Shown: positions 25,194-38,483, counted from the stretch's first letter. The stretch is DNA of 64,000 nucleotides from Utricularia gibba (GCA_002189035.1 NEEC01000019.1:496001-560000); one strand, 5' to 3'. A program made the numbers and translations. Notes: generated by a model from the letters alone, not told the origin.

Positions 25194-26602
25194 TGATGAC
25201 ACACATTTTTCCTGAAATTTATAATGCAAAATAGTTATATTTTATTATGGTTTAGGTTAGATAAATGTGGTTTTTCATGTTTTAGTGGTATTCATGTTAA
25301 TCTCATGTGATTATGTAAAAAGTGGACTAAATGAGGATTTAGTCCACAACTCTTGTTACTGATGTTTTAGTAAGTTCAGCAGGGAGATGGGCCGAAAATC
25401 AGACTTGCAAGCGTGTAAAACAAGCGAAAAAGGGCGCAAAATCTGGAGAAGGACAAAGAGCATTGTTCTGCTGCCACCGCAGTCTACAAGTTCAGGCCAG
25501 GAGCAGTACTGGCGGTCAGAAACAGTACTGGCAGTCAGGAATAGTGCAATGGAGTGAAGCAAAAGGGAAAATTATTTCGAAAATGAAAGAGAGCGCGAAT
25601 TGAAGCGGACAGCAGGGGGCACAATGGGTCTTCTTCCCCAACGAGAAAAACACCAACCAAAAGGGGAAAGGAAGGCCTCCATCATCAAGAACAGCTCCAG
25701 AGCCCAGTCCAGCACTACTGTTTCGGGCTGTGAACAGTAGCTAACGGGCGGAAGAACAATCTTTATCTACTTTCCATTTTTTGAATATTTAGAGTTTCTG
25801 CATTTGACTTGTTTACAATGTTTTTGCCATTTTGGTCAACTTACATGAATGAAATCGTGTTTTATTTCCCAAGCATGAGTGGCTAGAGTCTTAGGGATGC
25901 CTTAAGGTGAAGTGGGGTGGTATGTGCTTAGATTGATGATGAAATTTAGTTGTCTTCCTTAACTCTTGTTTCTAACAAACCATAGGTAGAACTAAAGAGG
26001 GAAACAAGTAGTTTAACAACTTAGATGCTTGGTTTAGAGGTAGACCAACAAACCAAGACGTGAGCAGTCGGTGTTAGTCCAGGGTAGAACCAGTAGAACC
26101 GGGTAGACCTAGTTCTATATGCTCTGCATGCGGGTAGACCTAATTGCAATGTTGGTTATGATATTGGGGACTAGCTTAGCCGAAAATATGATGAATGACC
26201 TTGGTAGACTTAGTTATTTGAAGTTGTGAGTGTGGGAAGATAATAAAATTGAGTTAGGAAGCTTAGCATAACACCACCTACAAATCCTTAAGGCATCCTT
26301 ATATTATTCTAAGTTAGAACCAGCATCTGTCACTTTAGTGTTGAAACTTGATATTGCTTACCTACCTTGTTTACTGAACTTGTTTACCACTGTTAGTCCG
26401 AGCTTAGACCAAGACTTCCTACTATCCCAAATTATGCACTCACTAAAACACTTGACAAGCACCATCTCCTTGTGATCGACCCCGATATCCACTATACAAG
26501 TTTTCCAAATTTGTATTTTGTGTAGATTAGGGATTATAAATTTATTTGATATAGATTTTCTATTTTTTTTTTGCAACAATATTAGGAAATTTCCGTTTAT
26601 CA
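25194..26602 (+). mobile_element. Nested Athila family-A solo LTR, 1409 bp
   Basis: TGATGACACA...CCGTTTATCA with a perfect TSD ATTTG (25189-25193 and 26603-26607). It is a close reverse-complement homologue of 4541-5968. Confidence 0.92.
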
Positions 26603-26866
26603 ATTTGTAATCCCTAATCCTTACAAAATACAAATTAAACACATAATATAAAGTGGAATTCGAGGTCGATCACAAGGAGGTTTTTACTTTCTAAGTGTTT
26701 CAGCAGATGCAGAATTCTGAATAATAGTGGTTTTTAGTCTAAACTCAAATTAACAGTAGTAGACAAGTTCAATAAACAAAATCAAGTCTCAACACTGAAA
26801 ATAATAGATATTGGTTTTAATACGGAGTAATATTAATATGCCTTAAGGGTCTGGAGGTGGTGTGAT

Positions 26867-28035
26867 TGATTACACATATTTTTGAGTTATTAATTATATG
26901 GAAAAGATTCATATTGTGCTACGAAAATTAAGTTTTACTACATAGTTCTATATTTTTGTGCATAAGTACCGTAGTTGTGTTATTTTAGTCTTATTTGGGA
27001 CTAAATTTACGATTTAGTTCCAACTTTCTAATAGTTTCCTCCGAGCAATGCAGCACATGTCGACAGCACAAATCGTAAGGAGTCGAATATGAACAATGTA
27101 GTGGCAGAGGATGAGACATAAGTCTGAAAAGGAGTACACCCAAAATCCAAGAAGGAGAAAAAGGGAGATTTTGGACAAAAAGGGGGACAAGATGGAGAGA
27201 GAAGACAGATCTCCCCATTGGAGACTCTCAACACGCTTTCCAGAGAAGGTTTTCTGGTGAGGAAGAAGAGTAAAAACAAACAGGAACTAAGCTGATGCTT
27301 GAAGATTATTTTCTGTTTTCCAAAGATCATTACTCTTAGCTAGGAATAGCTAGCGACATTTCCAGCTTTCTGTTGAACTTTTAAATTTCCTGCTTGTTTA
27401 TTTTTTGGTCGTCGACTGAAGGATGAGTATATTATGGATGATGTTTTATTTTCAACTTTCATTTATCTTAAGCATGAGTGGCTAAGTACTTAGGGGGTGC
27501 CTTGGGTTGAAAGGGGGAAAAATGTGCTAATCAATCTTTAGACCTAATCAGCTATAAGTCACGTCACTTCCTTAACAAACCAGGATAGATCCAGGAGAGG
27601 GAAGTAGTTAAACCCAACTTAACAACCCTAATTTGAGTTAGACCAAAGATTAAGGGAAAAACAAGAATCCGGGTAGACCTAGATTTTTGTGTGTTAGTTG
27701 TATGATTTATGGTTTGTAGGAGCTTGTTTAGTGATAAGCATACATTCTCTAGGAGTCCCAAGGCATCACCCATTTCATTCCAAAAATAACCGAACTCCAA
27801 AACTTATTACTTTTCTTTACTATATTCTGTTGTAATTCTGCCTTACTCCTAGTTAAGACCAATTCTATCAACGTGACACTTTAACTTTCACATAGCAAGC
27901 ACCTAGCTCCTTGTGTTCGACCCTATTCCACTATGGTCATATTTTCCATATGATTTGAGGTGAATTAGGTTTATAAATTTTATTTAATTGGAGAAATTTG
28001 TAATTTTATTGACATTGCTAAATTTTCATTTATCA
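26867..28035 (+). mobile_element. Nested solo LTR of a second Athila-like family (C), 1169 bp
   Basis: TGATTACACA...CATTTATCA; TSD GTGAT/GTGGT (one transition). The host LTR resumes in register after 28040. Confidence 0.82.
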
Positions 28036-29614
28036 GTGGTGCTAAAATGACTAATTTAATTCACCATGTTTCTATATTTACAACTTTAAACAACTTAAGT
28101 TTACTCAGGTTATTCATCATGTTTTTGGCTAAAATAATCCTCAATATCATCACTAACATCACAATTAGGTCTACTCACATGCAAAGTGTATAGAACTAGG
28201 TATACCCGGTTTTACTAGTTCTATCATGAACTAATACCTACTGTCCCCATTTTGATTTATTGGTTGACCTCTAAATCAAGTGTCTAAGTTGCGAAGCTGT
28301 TCATTTCCCTCCTTAGGTCTACCACCCATGGAATGCTAAAAATAAAAGTTGAGAAACAATGATAAATTGTGTTATGAACCCTAAACCCACACCACCATGC
28401 TTCACCTTAAAGCATTCCTAAGATTCTAGATATTCGTACTTGGAAGACAAAACATAATGTCATTAAGATTAAATAGCCAAAGTAACAGAAACATTGTGAG
28501 GAAGTCTATCATAGAAACTAAAACATTAAGCAAACGAAATAAAGTAAAAAATTATTCTAGTTCCGTTCTGCTACTATTCACTACCCGGAATAGTAGACAG
28601 AACTGAGCTTTGGTGGTTTTCTTGAGGATGAAACTCTTCTTCTCCTCTTTTGGTCAGTGTTCATAGTGTTGGAGTAGAAGCCTATGTTGTGTCACTGCTG
28701 GTCCTGCTCTCCCCGCTCGGGTCTCTCTTTTGAAAAATATCTCCCTCCTTTACTCCATTGCACTGGACACCAGCACTGTTCTCGGCCTAAATTTGCAAAC
28801 TACAGGCGGCAGAACAATGCTCTTTGTCCCTCTTCGGATGTTGTGCCCTTTTAACTTGATCTAACGTCTTTGAGTTTGATTGGATGCTAATCCTCCTGAT
28901 GAACTTAATTAAACATTAGTAATAAAGGTGGTAGACTAAATCAAAGGATTTAGTCTACTTTTCAACATAAATACAAAAAATCAACGTAAACAACACATAA
29001 ATCATGCAAAACCACATATAAACACTTGATCCCTAAACCAGTGTAAAACATAAACACTTTTGTATTATAAAATGCAAAGAAAACATATGTCATCATATAA
29101 TCCTTATGCATCAATGACACTTGATCCATGTTAGCATGAGCATATTTGCCCTCCCAGAATGTGGGCTGACTAACCGAAACAATGAATTCATATCTTCATT
29201 TTATATGACAGTGGGCAACACAATATTGGGAATGAATTTTACTAGCAAATACAATTCCTTTGTTCAATATATATACCTTCTCATTGTAGTGTCTATACTT
29301 GTCACCATATTTAAATTCTTCGAACACGAAAAGTGTTTATCGGATTGTTTTAAAAAAGGGGTATTGCATCCTCATGGAACACCCTAAAGAATTGTCAAGA
29401 GCGAGATCATGGCAATTGTAGTGCACAAGGTGCCTCAATTTCAATCTCTGGTGCTTTGTCGTCGCAAACATTCTTTGAAGAGGCTTCAGAATCCTCTCTC
29501 AAGTTAGTATCTCCACTGTCATCATCAAAATCGACCATATCTTCAAAAAAAATCATTGACAATAACTTCATAGATTTAGACTTAACATAGCTAAAATTAC
29601 TTTATGAGGGGAAT

Positions 29615-31570
29615 TGTTAGCACACAAATTTTCATATTTTAGGATATGAAAAAATCAATGACAATAACTTGTTTGGTAGCGGTAAACTGTTTCTGATAGC
29701 TATGTGATTAAACATTACAGCTGCGAGATGAATTCTGTTGCATGAGCTTTGTAAACCTTTTTGATACCCGTGAGCATGTTTTTATCTTTTTATTTCATGA
29801 GAGCATGTGTATTACCCGAGGAATCTAAGGAGTGTGCTCCAAATTATTTTTATATGAATTGTTGAACTTCATAGTCACTGTGGAACAGGTTACCAACCAC
29901 GGAAAAAAGAGAGGTGAATAAAGGGTCGTGAAGGAAAAAAAAAGAAAAAAAGTTGAGACCCAAGTCCTAAAAAGCAGCACATATTAAAAGAGCATGTGCG
30001 GACTAAATAAGTAGTGGAAGGGTGAGCAGGGAAAGACTAATCCGGAGGAGTACGGAAGAGTCTGGTGTTATAAGGTGTGAGTGCCTGCCCAACACTCATA
30101 AAAAGAAAAGGTTTTCTGTTAGTCTTAGGTAGGACTTGGGGACAAGTCTAGTGTCGTTGTAGCATAGTGTGATAGCACACAAAGTTTCATGTTTTAGGAT
30201 ATGAAAAATCATAAGTTTTTAATTACGTTTAAGTATTTATTTTCTATTTTTAAGTATTTTTATGTAATTTAGGAAAATATAATTTTGGTGTGATTAGTGG
30301 GCTAAATCCTTTGATTTAGCCCACCCCATGTCTAACCCAATTTTGGAGTCTAGCAGCAACCCAACAATCAAGGAAAAATTTGGATTTCGTGCAAGTCACC
30401 AGGGTGCAGGGGCAATGAGTACACTGTCACGATGGCAGTCTGCAAGTCAGGGCCAGGAGCAGCTGATTTATCAGAGAATGTACTTGCCTTGGGCAGTGGG
30501 AGGCAAGAGAAACAGGAGAAGGAGAGAGAGTTGCAAAAAGGGGGGTTCGACCAGAATTTTAAGAACACACACGAGAGGGTTTCTCCCTCAACTTGAATAG
30601 GAAGAATGCTGAAGGAGGAGGAAGAGATTTTTTTTCTGGAGAAGAACATCCTCCGTGAAGGAAGAAGATTAAGACTCAGTTCAGCGTTACTGTTCCGGGG
30701 CCGGAACAGTAGCAGATGGAAACCAGAACTCTTACTGCTTTATTTTAATTTGTTGATGTTTTTAGCTTTTGCACCCAACTTCTGCATGATGTTCTTGACA
30801 TTTTCGTTGTTTTATGTTAATGCCATCACTTTTTATCTTCAAAGCATGAGTCGCTAAACCCTAGGAGTGCCTTAAGGTGAAGCATGGTGGTGTGGGTCTA
30901 GGAGTCTTAATAAATATCACTATTGTTCCTTAGTTCTTGTTTCTACCAAGCTATGGGTAGACCTAAGGAGGAGAACAAGTAACTTCACAACTTAGATGTT
31001 TGATTTAGAGGTAGACCAACAAATCAGGACGGGAGCAGTAGGTGTTAGTTCGGGGTAGAACGAGTAGAACCGGGTAGACCTAGTTCTATATACTTTGCAT
31101 GCAGATAGACCTAATTGTAAGGTTGGTGATGACATGAGAGACTAGCTTAGCCGAAAATATGATGAATGACCTAAGTAGACTAAGGTTATGTGAAGTTGTG
31201 AGTGTAGGAATATGGTAGATTAAATTAAGGATTTTGGCACCATACTACCTGCAAACCCTTAAGGTACCTTAGTATTATTTTGAGTTAGAACCAGTATCTG
31301 TTACCTTAGCGTTAAGACCTGATATTATTCACTGATCTTGTTTACCGAACTTGTTTACCACTGTTGGTCCGAGTTTAGACTAAGACTACCATTACTTTGA
31401 ATTCTATATCTGCTGAAATACATGACAAGTACAAGCTCCTTGTGATCTACCCCGAATTCCACTATACACTTTGTGTTTAAATTGTATTTTGTGAGGATTA
31501 GTGACTATAAATGTATTTGATACGGAAATTTGCTTTTATTGCAATGATATGCTAAAATTTCCGTTTATCA
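29615..31570 (+). mobile_element. Internally deleted Athila family-A element: 43-bp 5' LTR stub, 3' internal remnant and full 3' LTR (30170-31570)
   Basis: The stub tgttagcacacaaattttcatattttaggatatgaaaaaatca matches the LTR start at 30170. An Athila-like pre-LTR motif cttggggacaag lies at ~30135. Perfect TSD GGAAT (29610-29614 and 31571-31575). Confidence 0.85.
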
Positions 31571-32948
31571 GGAATCCTTCAATCACGTTCACAGTTGGGT
31601 TATAATGGTTTAAAGATAATGACAATTGAAAACTCGAATATACATCTATAATACAATTAATTATTACAAATATAAAAAATGGATAGTATACATATCCAAG
31701 AAAACAAATATCTCCATATTTGATATCCGGCATACTGGTACAAGGCCATGAAGGAGTATGTGAACTTTCACCCTCACTATAGGACAAATTGACATTTTTG
31801 ATGTTAAATGTCATGTTAATCAAATATTGAAAATTGAATGATATTTCCAAAAAATCAAAAAAATTACTAGTATATTTATCCATTCTAAAATGATAAAACA
31901 AATATAAATTTAAATAAATATAATTTATTGATAATAATAACAATATGATTAATAATTATATGATTATTATAATGTATCAAAATTTTAAATAAAAAAATTA
32001 TCAGTGAAAAAAACGATGTGTCCAAATTTTTCTTCGACTCCAACTCTCTACTCAACGTTGAATATAAATGAAAAAAATTATGAAAGTGTAAGATATATAT
32101 TGAAAAGAAGTTATGAAGTTAGTAGTAAGACACCATCATTGATGGTGTGCTGTAGTAAGGCAATGTCGTTGATGGCAGCTTATCTAAAATGCTATCAATG
32201 ATGACGCCTTATTTAAAGCACCATCAATGATGACGTAGACTATCCCAGATATGCAAGACGTCACAAATGATGGTGTATAGTATTAATAATATAATATAAT
32301 TGTTAACTAGCATTATCTAATTTAGTTTTTCAATGGTATTGCAATTATATAAATTTAAAATACCTCCCATAGCTTGAAGAGATGATGAGGGTGTTGAGAA
32401 TTGTATTTCGAAAGCAAATCTATTCCATAAATTGATGTATTTGGATTCAGTTTATATCGTAGAGAGTCGGGATTGAAAATACTGAATTATTCCATTTTTT
32501 CTAATGGTTATTATAGAATTTTTTTTCCAATCAATTCAACATGAGATACATTTAAAAAAAGCTATAGTTCAATACATTCAACAAACTTTAGAAATGTTAT
32601 TTTATGACTAATCTCAATAACATGAATTGGATTTATGTTATATGAAATATAACTTATATATTGAAAAGGTATGTATTATACCTTTATTAACACCTTAGTC
32701 ATGTTCTCAATACTTATAATATAACACTAATGAAGTTACCTTCAATTTATAGAGAATGACAATACAATTATTAATAATTATTTGAATAATTGACTTTTTT
32801 TTATTTTAAACCGTATATTTATAGAACAAGAAATCTTAATTTTAAAATTCAGTGATATGAGATATATTATTTAAAGATATAATTATTAATTAATTTATAA
32901 TAATATAATTATGAATTCAATAAGTATTATTTAAATAAGTGATTTAAC

Positions 32949-33613
32949 TGATGTGATGATAACAAATGCTGAGAAATGAAAATTTTTATTTGGTGTCGCT
33001 CAAAATTGGCAAGTGCCACATGGAAGCAGGTAAAGAGGAGGCTTACAAATCTGTGGGTAGAGAAATAACAAAATCGACTCATTACAAACCAAATCGGTTG
33101 ATACAAGGGCTTTTATGGTGTACTAAAAAGCTGCTACAGGTCGATAGACTGCTATATGTCAGAACTAGGCAGCGGTGGCCATTATTGGGCAGTCTGAAAA
33201 GTAGCCGAATTACAGGTATGCCAGAGCAATCAGTCTTTATCTTTCAGTAGGATCGGAGTACGGTTAACAAGCGCAGAAATTAGCCAACGCCTGTAGAATT
33301 TAGAATTTAGTTGGATCGGTCTCTTTTATAAATATAAGGAAGTTTGAAAGAGAAATGGTTGAATTCTCTGCATTTCTTAAGTTTGTATTCCGTTGTTTCT
33401 TTGTTAAAAAAACCACTCTTCCAACACGCTTCGACAACTCCGTGGTTTTTCCGTATTCCAGTAGTTTCCACGTAAAAATCCTTATTCATTTTCACTTCAT
33501 GCAACCGCATTAGGCATCCCAAACCCTTAATACCTAAATTGGATCTAACCAATTTGGCTCTAGCGGTAACCCGAAACCGATTTTCATCGCTATACCGATT
33601 TGCGACCACAACA
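32949..33613 (+). mobile_element. Probable solo LTR of another retroelement family (~665 bp)
   Basis: Starts TGATGTG and ends CACAACA (imperfect inverted termini), with an internal TATAAATA at ~33327. It is a GC-richer island within AT-rich DNA. The TSD is not convincing (TTAAC/TTATT). Confidence 0.45.
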
Positions 33614-35168
33614 TTATTTTTAAAATTTAATTACGAATTTCAATTAATAAAACACTATGTTATTAAGATACAAATCTATATCTTTTTCAAATGTGGTGAT
33701 GCCTGAAATCAATAAAACAAATTATGTAAATGATAGGAATGTATGTCTATATCACCCTTTTCGTTAAAAAATATTTGATAGCATGTATCATCATCTATAA
33801 TTGTTATAATGTGCAGAAATATTGAATAGAATATGTTTCTAACCATAGATAATCATCTATCAGTATCTATAATTGTAGGTAATATTGTATAGAACATATC
33901 ATTATCATAGAAATATATTTCAATTGCATAAATAAAATAATTATGATATCAATATCATGGGTGCTTTTATCAATGTGTCTGTCTTAGTAATTTTTTTTAA
34001 CAAAATGCCTTTCAATTCTTGATGATTAGTAAAATAACTAACTGAAAATTTTTTAATTTGAATTATTTATCACTAAATAAAGTTTTATTTCAAATATGAA
34101 TATATTTAAATTTTATAAATTTATATATTCACTTACACATCATAGATAATTATTTTATGATTTTTATATTATTGGATAATTAGATGTTCGAGAAAAGAAA
34201 ATAATTTATTAAACTAAAGCAAATTTAAAAGAAAAAAAATATTCTGATTGTTTTGTACTTTGATGATTTAAGAAAAAATTAAAATAAAATTATACTGGAT
34301 TTCTTCAATAGTTAAGGATTACAATTCATTGTATAAATTGATTTATTTTTTTCACTTAATTTCATTATTAGATAAATTTAAAAAATAAAATGGTATTATA
34401 TAAACATAATCATTTAAAGGTATTTTTGGTTTATAATGAAAAATAAGATGAATTTTTATTTAATTCATATAATTAAAAACATGAAGGAAATATTTTAAAA
34501 TAAAATAAATATTAAAACAACAATTTCAATAAAAATAAAAATAAGGAATATATATTTCCATAAAATATAAATAAAAGAAAATAGATATTTTTAAAATAAA
34601 AAAATGGAATCAAAGTCATTTACATAAAAAAAATTCACAGTTATTTTGGCAAAAAAAAAAAAATCTGACACAAGTATTTCATTAAATTCCTACAATATCA
34701 TGTTGATAACATTTTAAATAAAATTAAAATCAATATCATCTTTTCATCTCACTTTAAAGTGCTCGATTGAATTTAGTCTAATTATGATATTTTTTAGACT
34801 GAAATTAAAAAAAAAAATTACTTAAACTAGTTTTTATGTGTTATAAAAAGTTAAACATAAATACATCATAAATTGATCCACACAAAATCTGTATAATCAC
34901 TCAATACTTAAAAGCAATTGAATTATATGCTCTGTAGCATTTTTTTATTTCTTTATTTTGTACGTGCATGTATTATGATTTTATAAAGAATGTCCTAAAT
35001 GGATAATAGTGGAAATATTTACATTAAACTATCTTTTGTATGATAGACATCTGCCGCCACAATGCCGCCTCGCCACCGCCTCGATGGCGCTAAGTCTTTG
35101 TTGCCGCCACGTTTGATAGATATTTATCGTTTTTCCTCGAGCTTCAGCGACGCCGATCACAGTTGTTC

Positions 35169-37470
35169 ATGGAGAGCACCGGAGACAATAACAGCACGGT
35201 TTCTACCGTTAAGTTTTCGGAGGCGACGGTTGGCCGTCACCTTGCCCGCCGTCTGGTCCAGACTGGCGTACGTGACGTATTCTCTGTGGCTGGGGACTTC
35301 AATCTTGCGTTGCTGGATCATTTCGTTGCCGAGCCTGAGATTAACCTAATCAGCTGCTGCAACGAGCTTAACGCCGGCTACGCGGCAGAGGGTTATGCTA
35401 GGGCGCGAGGAGTCGGCGCGTGCGCCGTGACGTTCACCGTGGGAGGATTGAGTGTGATAAACGCGATTGCCGGTGCCTACAGCGAGAATTTGCCGGTGAT
35501 TTGTATTGTAGGAGGTCCTAATACGAATGATTACGGCACTAACAGGATCCTGCATCACACAATTGGGTTACCGGATTTCTCACAGGAGCTCCGTTGTTTC
35601 CAGACAGTCACTTGCTTTCAGGCACAAGTCTATATGTTTCTGCGAGCACTTGATTATTATCGGTGTTTTGCTTCTCTCATATTCGTGCTTTTTCTTCCTT
35701 TTTATTTTAGGCGGTGGTGAATCACTTGGACGATGCTCATGAATTGATAGATACTGCCATTTCAACAGCTTTGTCAGAAAGCAAGCCTGTTTACATTAGC
35801 ATCAGCTGCAATCTGTCTACAATTCCGCATCCAACATTTAGCCATGACCCTGTTCCTTTTCTACTTTCCCCAAGGTTCGTAAAACCTCGAATCGTTTGAC
35901 CCATTATGTCCTAGATAATGTTGTAGTTTCATTTGAAATTTGAGAATGATATGTTGGACTGCCTGCTAGTTAAATTCTAGTGCTGGTTTTGATGATTAAC
36001 CATCCCAACTGGAGTGATTCTGGTAGTAACCGAATGAATCTTTGTATGCTTATTTTTGTAGGTTAAGCAACCCGATGGATTTGGAAGCGGCAGTTGAAGC
36101 TGCAGCGGAGTTCTTGAATAAGGCTGTGAAACCAGTTATGGTAGCAGGACCAAATCTACGTGTAGCTAAAGCTGGTGATGCTTTTGTGGAGTTGGCAGAT
36201 TCAAGTGGTTATGCCGTTGCTATTATGCCATCTGCCAAAGGATTAGTTCCTGAGAACCACCCCCACTTCATTGGTACCTACTGGGGTGCAGTAAGCACAC
36301 CATTCTGTGCAGAAATCGTGGAATCATCTGATGCCTACGTGTTTGCTGGTCCAGTGTTCAACGACTATAGCTCTGTAGGGTACTCTTTACTTCTCAGGAG
36401 AGAAAAGTCCATCATTGTACAGCCTGATCGCGTGCTTGTTGGCAATGGACCAGCCTATGGATGCGTTTTAATGAAAGATTTCTTAGGTGCTTTGGTCAAA
36501 AAGCTCAAGCGTAATACAACTGCATTCGAGAACTACGCAAGGATCTATGTTCCTCCAGGGCATCCTATTAAATGTGAACCTCATGAACCGTTGAGGGTGA
36601 ATGTTCTGTTTCAGCATATTCAAAAGATGCTGTCGAAGGATACTGCTGTTATTGCTGAGACAGGGGACTCATGGTTTAACTGTCAGAAACTGAAACTACC
36701 TCCTGGATGCGGGTGAGAGATCACACTGATGCACCTTCTATCTTGTTTCTTGTTATATTTCTCAATTTTGTCGCACTACAGCTACGAGTTCCAAATGCAA
36801 TATGGATCCATTGGTTGGTCTGTTGGTGCAACTTTGGGTTATGCACAGGCCTTGCCAGAGAAACGAGTCATATCCTGCATTGGAGATGGTAGCTTTCAGG
36901 TTCGTTCTTGTCTTGCCGGTTCTCACAAATTTTGCTTGTTCTTGTGTTAAGTCATCAGGTTTCTCTTGTGTGGGACCATCCCTTCACCTGCTGGACCAAA
37001 CATTGGTAATGGCTGCAGGTAACAGCACAGGATGTCTCAACGATGCTGCGGGCTGGCCAGAAGAACATCATCTTCCTGATAAACAACGGTGGTTACACAA
37101 TTGAGGTTGAGATTCACGATGGACCTTATAATGTGATCAAGAACTGGGATTACACTGGCGTTGTTGATGCAATCCACAACGGTGAAGGCCGCTGCTGGAC
37201 AGCCAAGGTGAATCTAACTCCTGCTCAAGTTTCCCAACTCCCTCCTTTTTCGCAGATTTTCCTTTCGACTGTTGGCGCTAAAGTCTCTTCGATGCATAGG
37301 TCCGCTGTGAGGAAGAGCTCGTTGAAGTCATTTCTATGGCTAAAGAAGAGAAGAACAACTGCTTATGCTTCATTGAAGTCATAGTCCACAAAGATGACAC
37401 CAGCAAGGAGCTTCTGGAATGGGGTTCGCGGGTCTCAGCTGCCAACAGCCGCCCTCCAAATCCACAGTAG
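35169..37470 (+). CDS. PDC: Pyruvate decarboxylase, 581 aa
   Basis: Exons 35169-35621, 35711-35874, 36062-36712, 36782-36899, 37019-37207 and 37300-37470 sum to 1746 nt. Motifs [36 protein letters not shown], ThDP-binding GDGSFQ...NN and [14 protein letters not shown]. The intron-1 donor is non-canonical or shifted (see findings). Confidence 0.95.
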
Positions 37471-38483
37471 GCTCCCGATCACCACACTCCCAGGTTATTA
37501 CCATCTGCAGCTTTGATGGAATGTGGTACCTTGAGACGAGTCTACCAGGCGTACATAATGAATAAAATTTACATGTAGTGGGAAAGCTTCAAGACCAAAG
37601 TGCATAATTACAAGAGTTAATTGAGTTTATATATGTACTCTTTGCAAATGGTTTGTAAAATACATGATGTTTTACAAACCATTTGCAAAATAAAGATACA
37701 TTTATTTTACAAACCAAAATAATTTTAAAAATTAATATTAATATTTTTAATGAAATTTCACATATTAATATGAATTTCATATTTATATATAATAAATAAA
37801 GAATGTATTATTTTGATTATTATTATAATACAATTGTTGATATTTTATTCACTTGTGAAAAATAGACTATTCTTTTATTATAAATATATAATTATAAGAT
37901 TATAATTTTTAAAATATTCTAATTTTACATGATGCAGAGCATTCACATTTCTTTTTAAATAAATTTGAATAATTATGGTTATATAAAAAAGATATGAATT
38001 CTTAATCTTACTTACATCTCATACATCTCATTTCTTCCTATTTGCATGCTTGCATTATACCAAATAATGATGGTTAAAATCGTAATTAAAATTTTCTATA
38101 AAGTAAATATCATAAAAGATGTCATAACTACGTAGTATATGATAAAGATGCTATTAAAATAATAAAACAAAAACATAATACTACATGTATTTTGTAAATA
38201 ATCACACTTGACAAATTTTACGAAAATTATATAAATTAAAAATACGTAAAATAAAAATATTATTTCTTATAATTTCTCATAAAAATACATATATTTTAAA
38301 ACATTTTTAATTTACAAATTACCTATATTTTACTAACTCTTTGCAACATAATATGTATTTTGCAAATGGGTAAATCCATTTGCAGAAACCCACCGGAGTC
38401 TACATACGCATATGATCAACACCCTGACATTCAGCTATTACTAAACCCTAGATACAAAAAGTGGACAGCCACAGTGCCATCAT

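Larger units (their letters stand above)
25132..29095 (-). mobile_element. Outer Athila family-A solo LTR (about 1376 bp after removing two inserts)
   Basis: Termini tgatgaacg (25132) and tgtcatca (29095); TSD CATAA/TATAA (one transition). The LTR sequence is collinear with 4541-5968 once the two inserts are removed. Confidence 0.85.
23480..29560 (-). pseudogene. MuDR-type transposase remnant, split by the LTR stack at 25132-29095
   Basis: SWIM finger CSCGRWTKYDVPCSH (23737-23693); HFWYLRQYVSNFNKKF...RYENITSNAMEIMNNIFK (24409-24100); a MULE-domain segment resembling LYGxY...LxxA.xxD...ILPL.xA at ~24600-24500; PHTY...QHRNL at ~25090-25040. The reading continues across the empty LTR site into 29100-29200. 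Confidence 0.8.
20580..32345. mobile_element. Mutator-like element (MULE) with ~300-bp degenerate TIRs, carrying convergent PMD and transposase remnants and nested LTR insertions
   Basis: 20580-20880 aligns with the reverse complement of ~32020-32345 (shared attagata..., tattattaata.tatac, cttgcatatc, catc/attgatggtgct, gttgagtagag). The interior holds MULE transposase motifs (-) and PMD motifs (+). Exact termini and TSD are not resolved. Confidence 0.72.
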
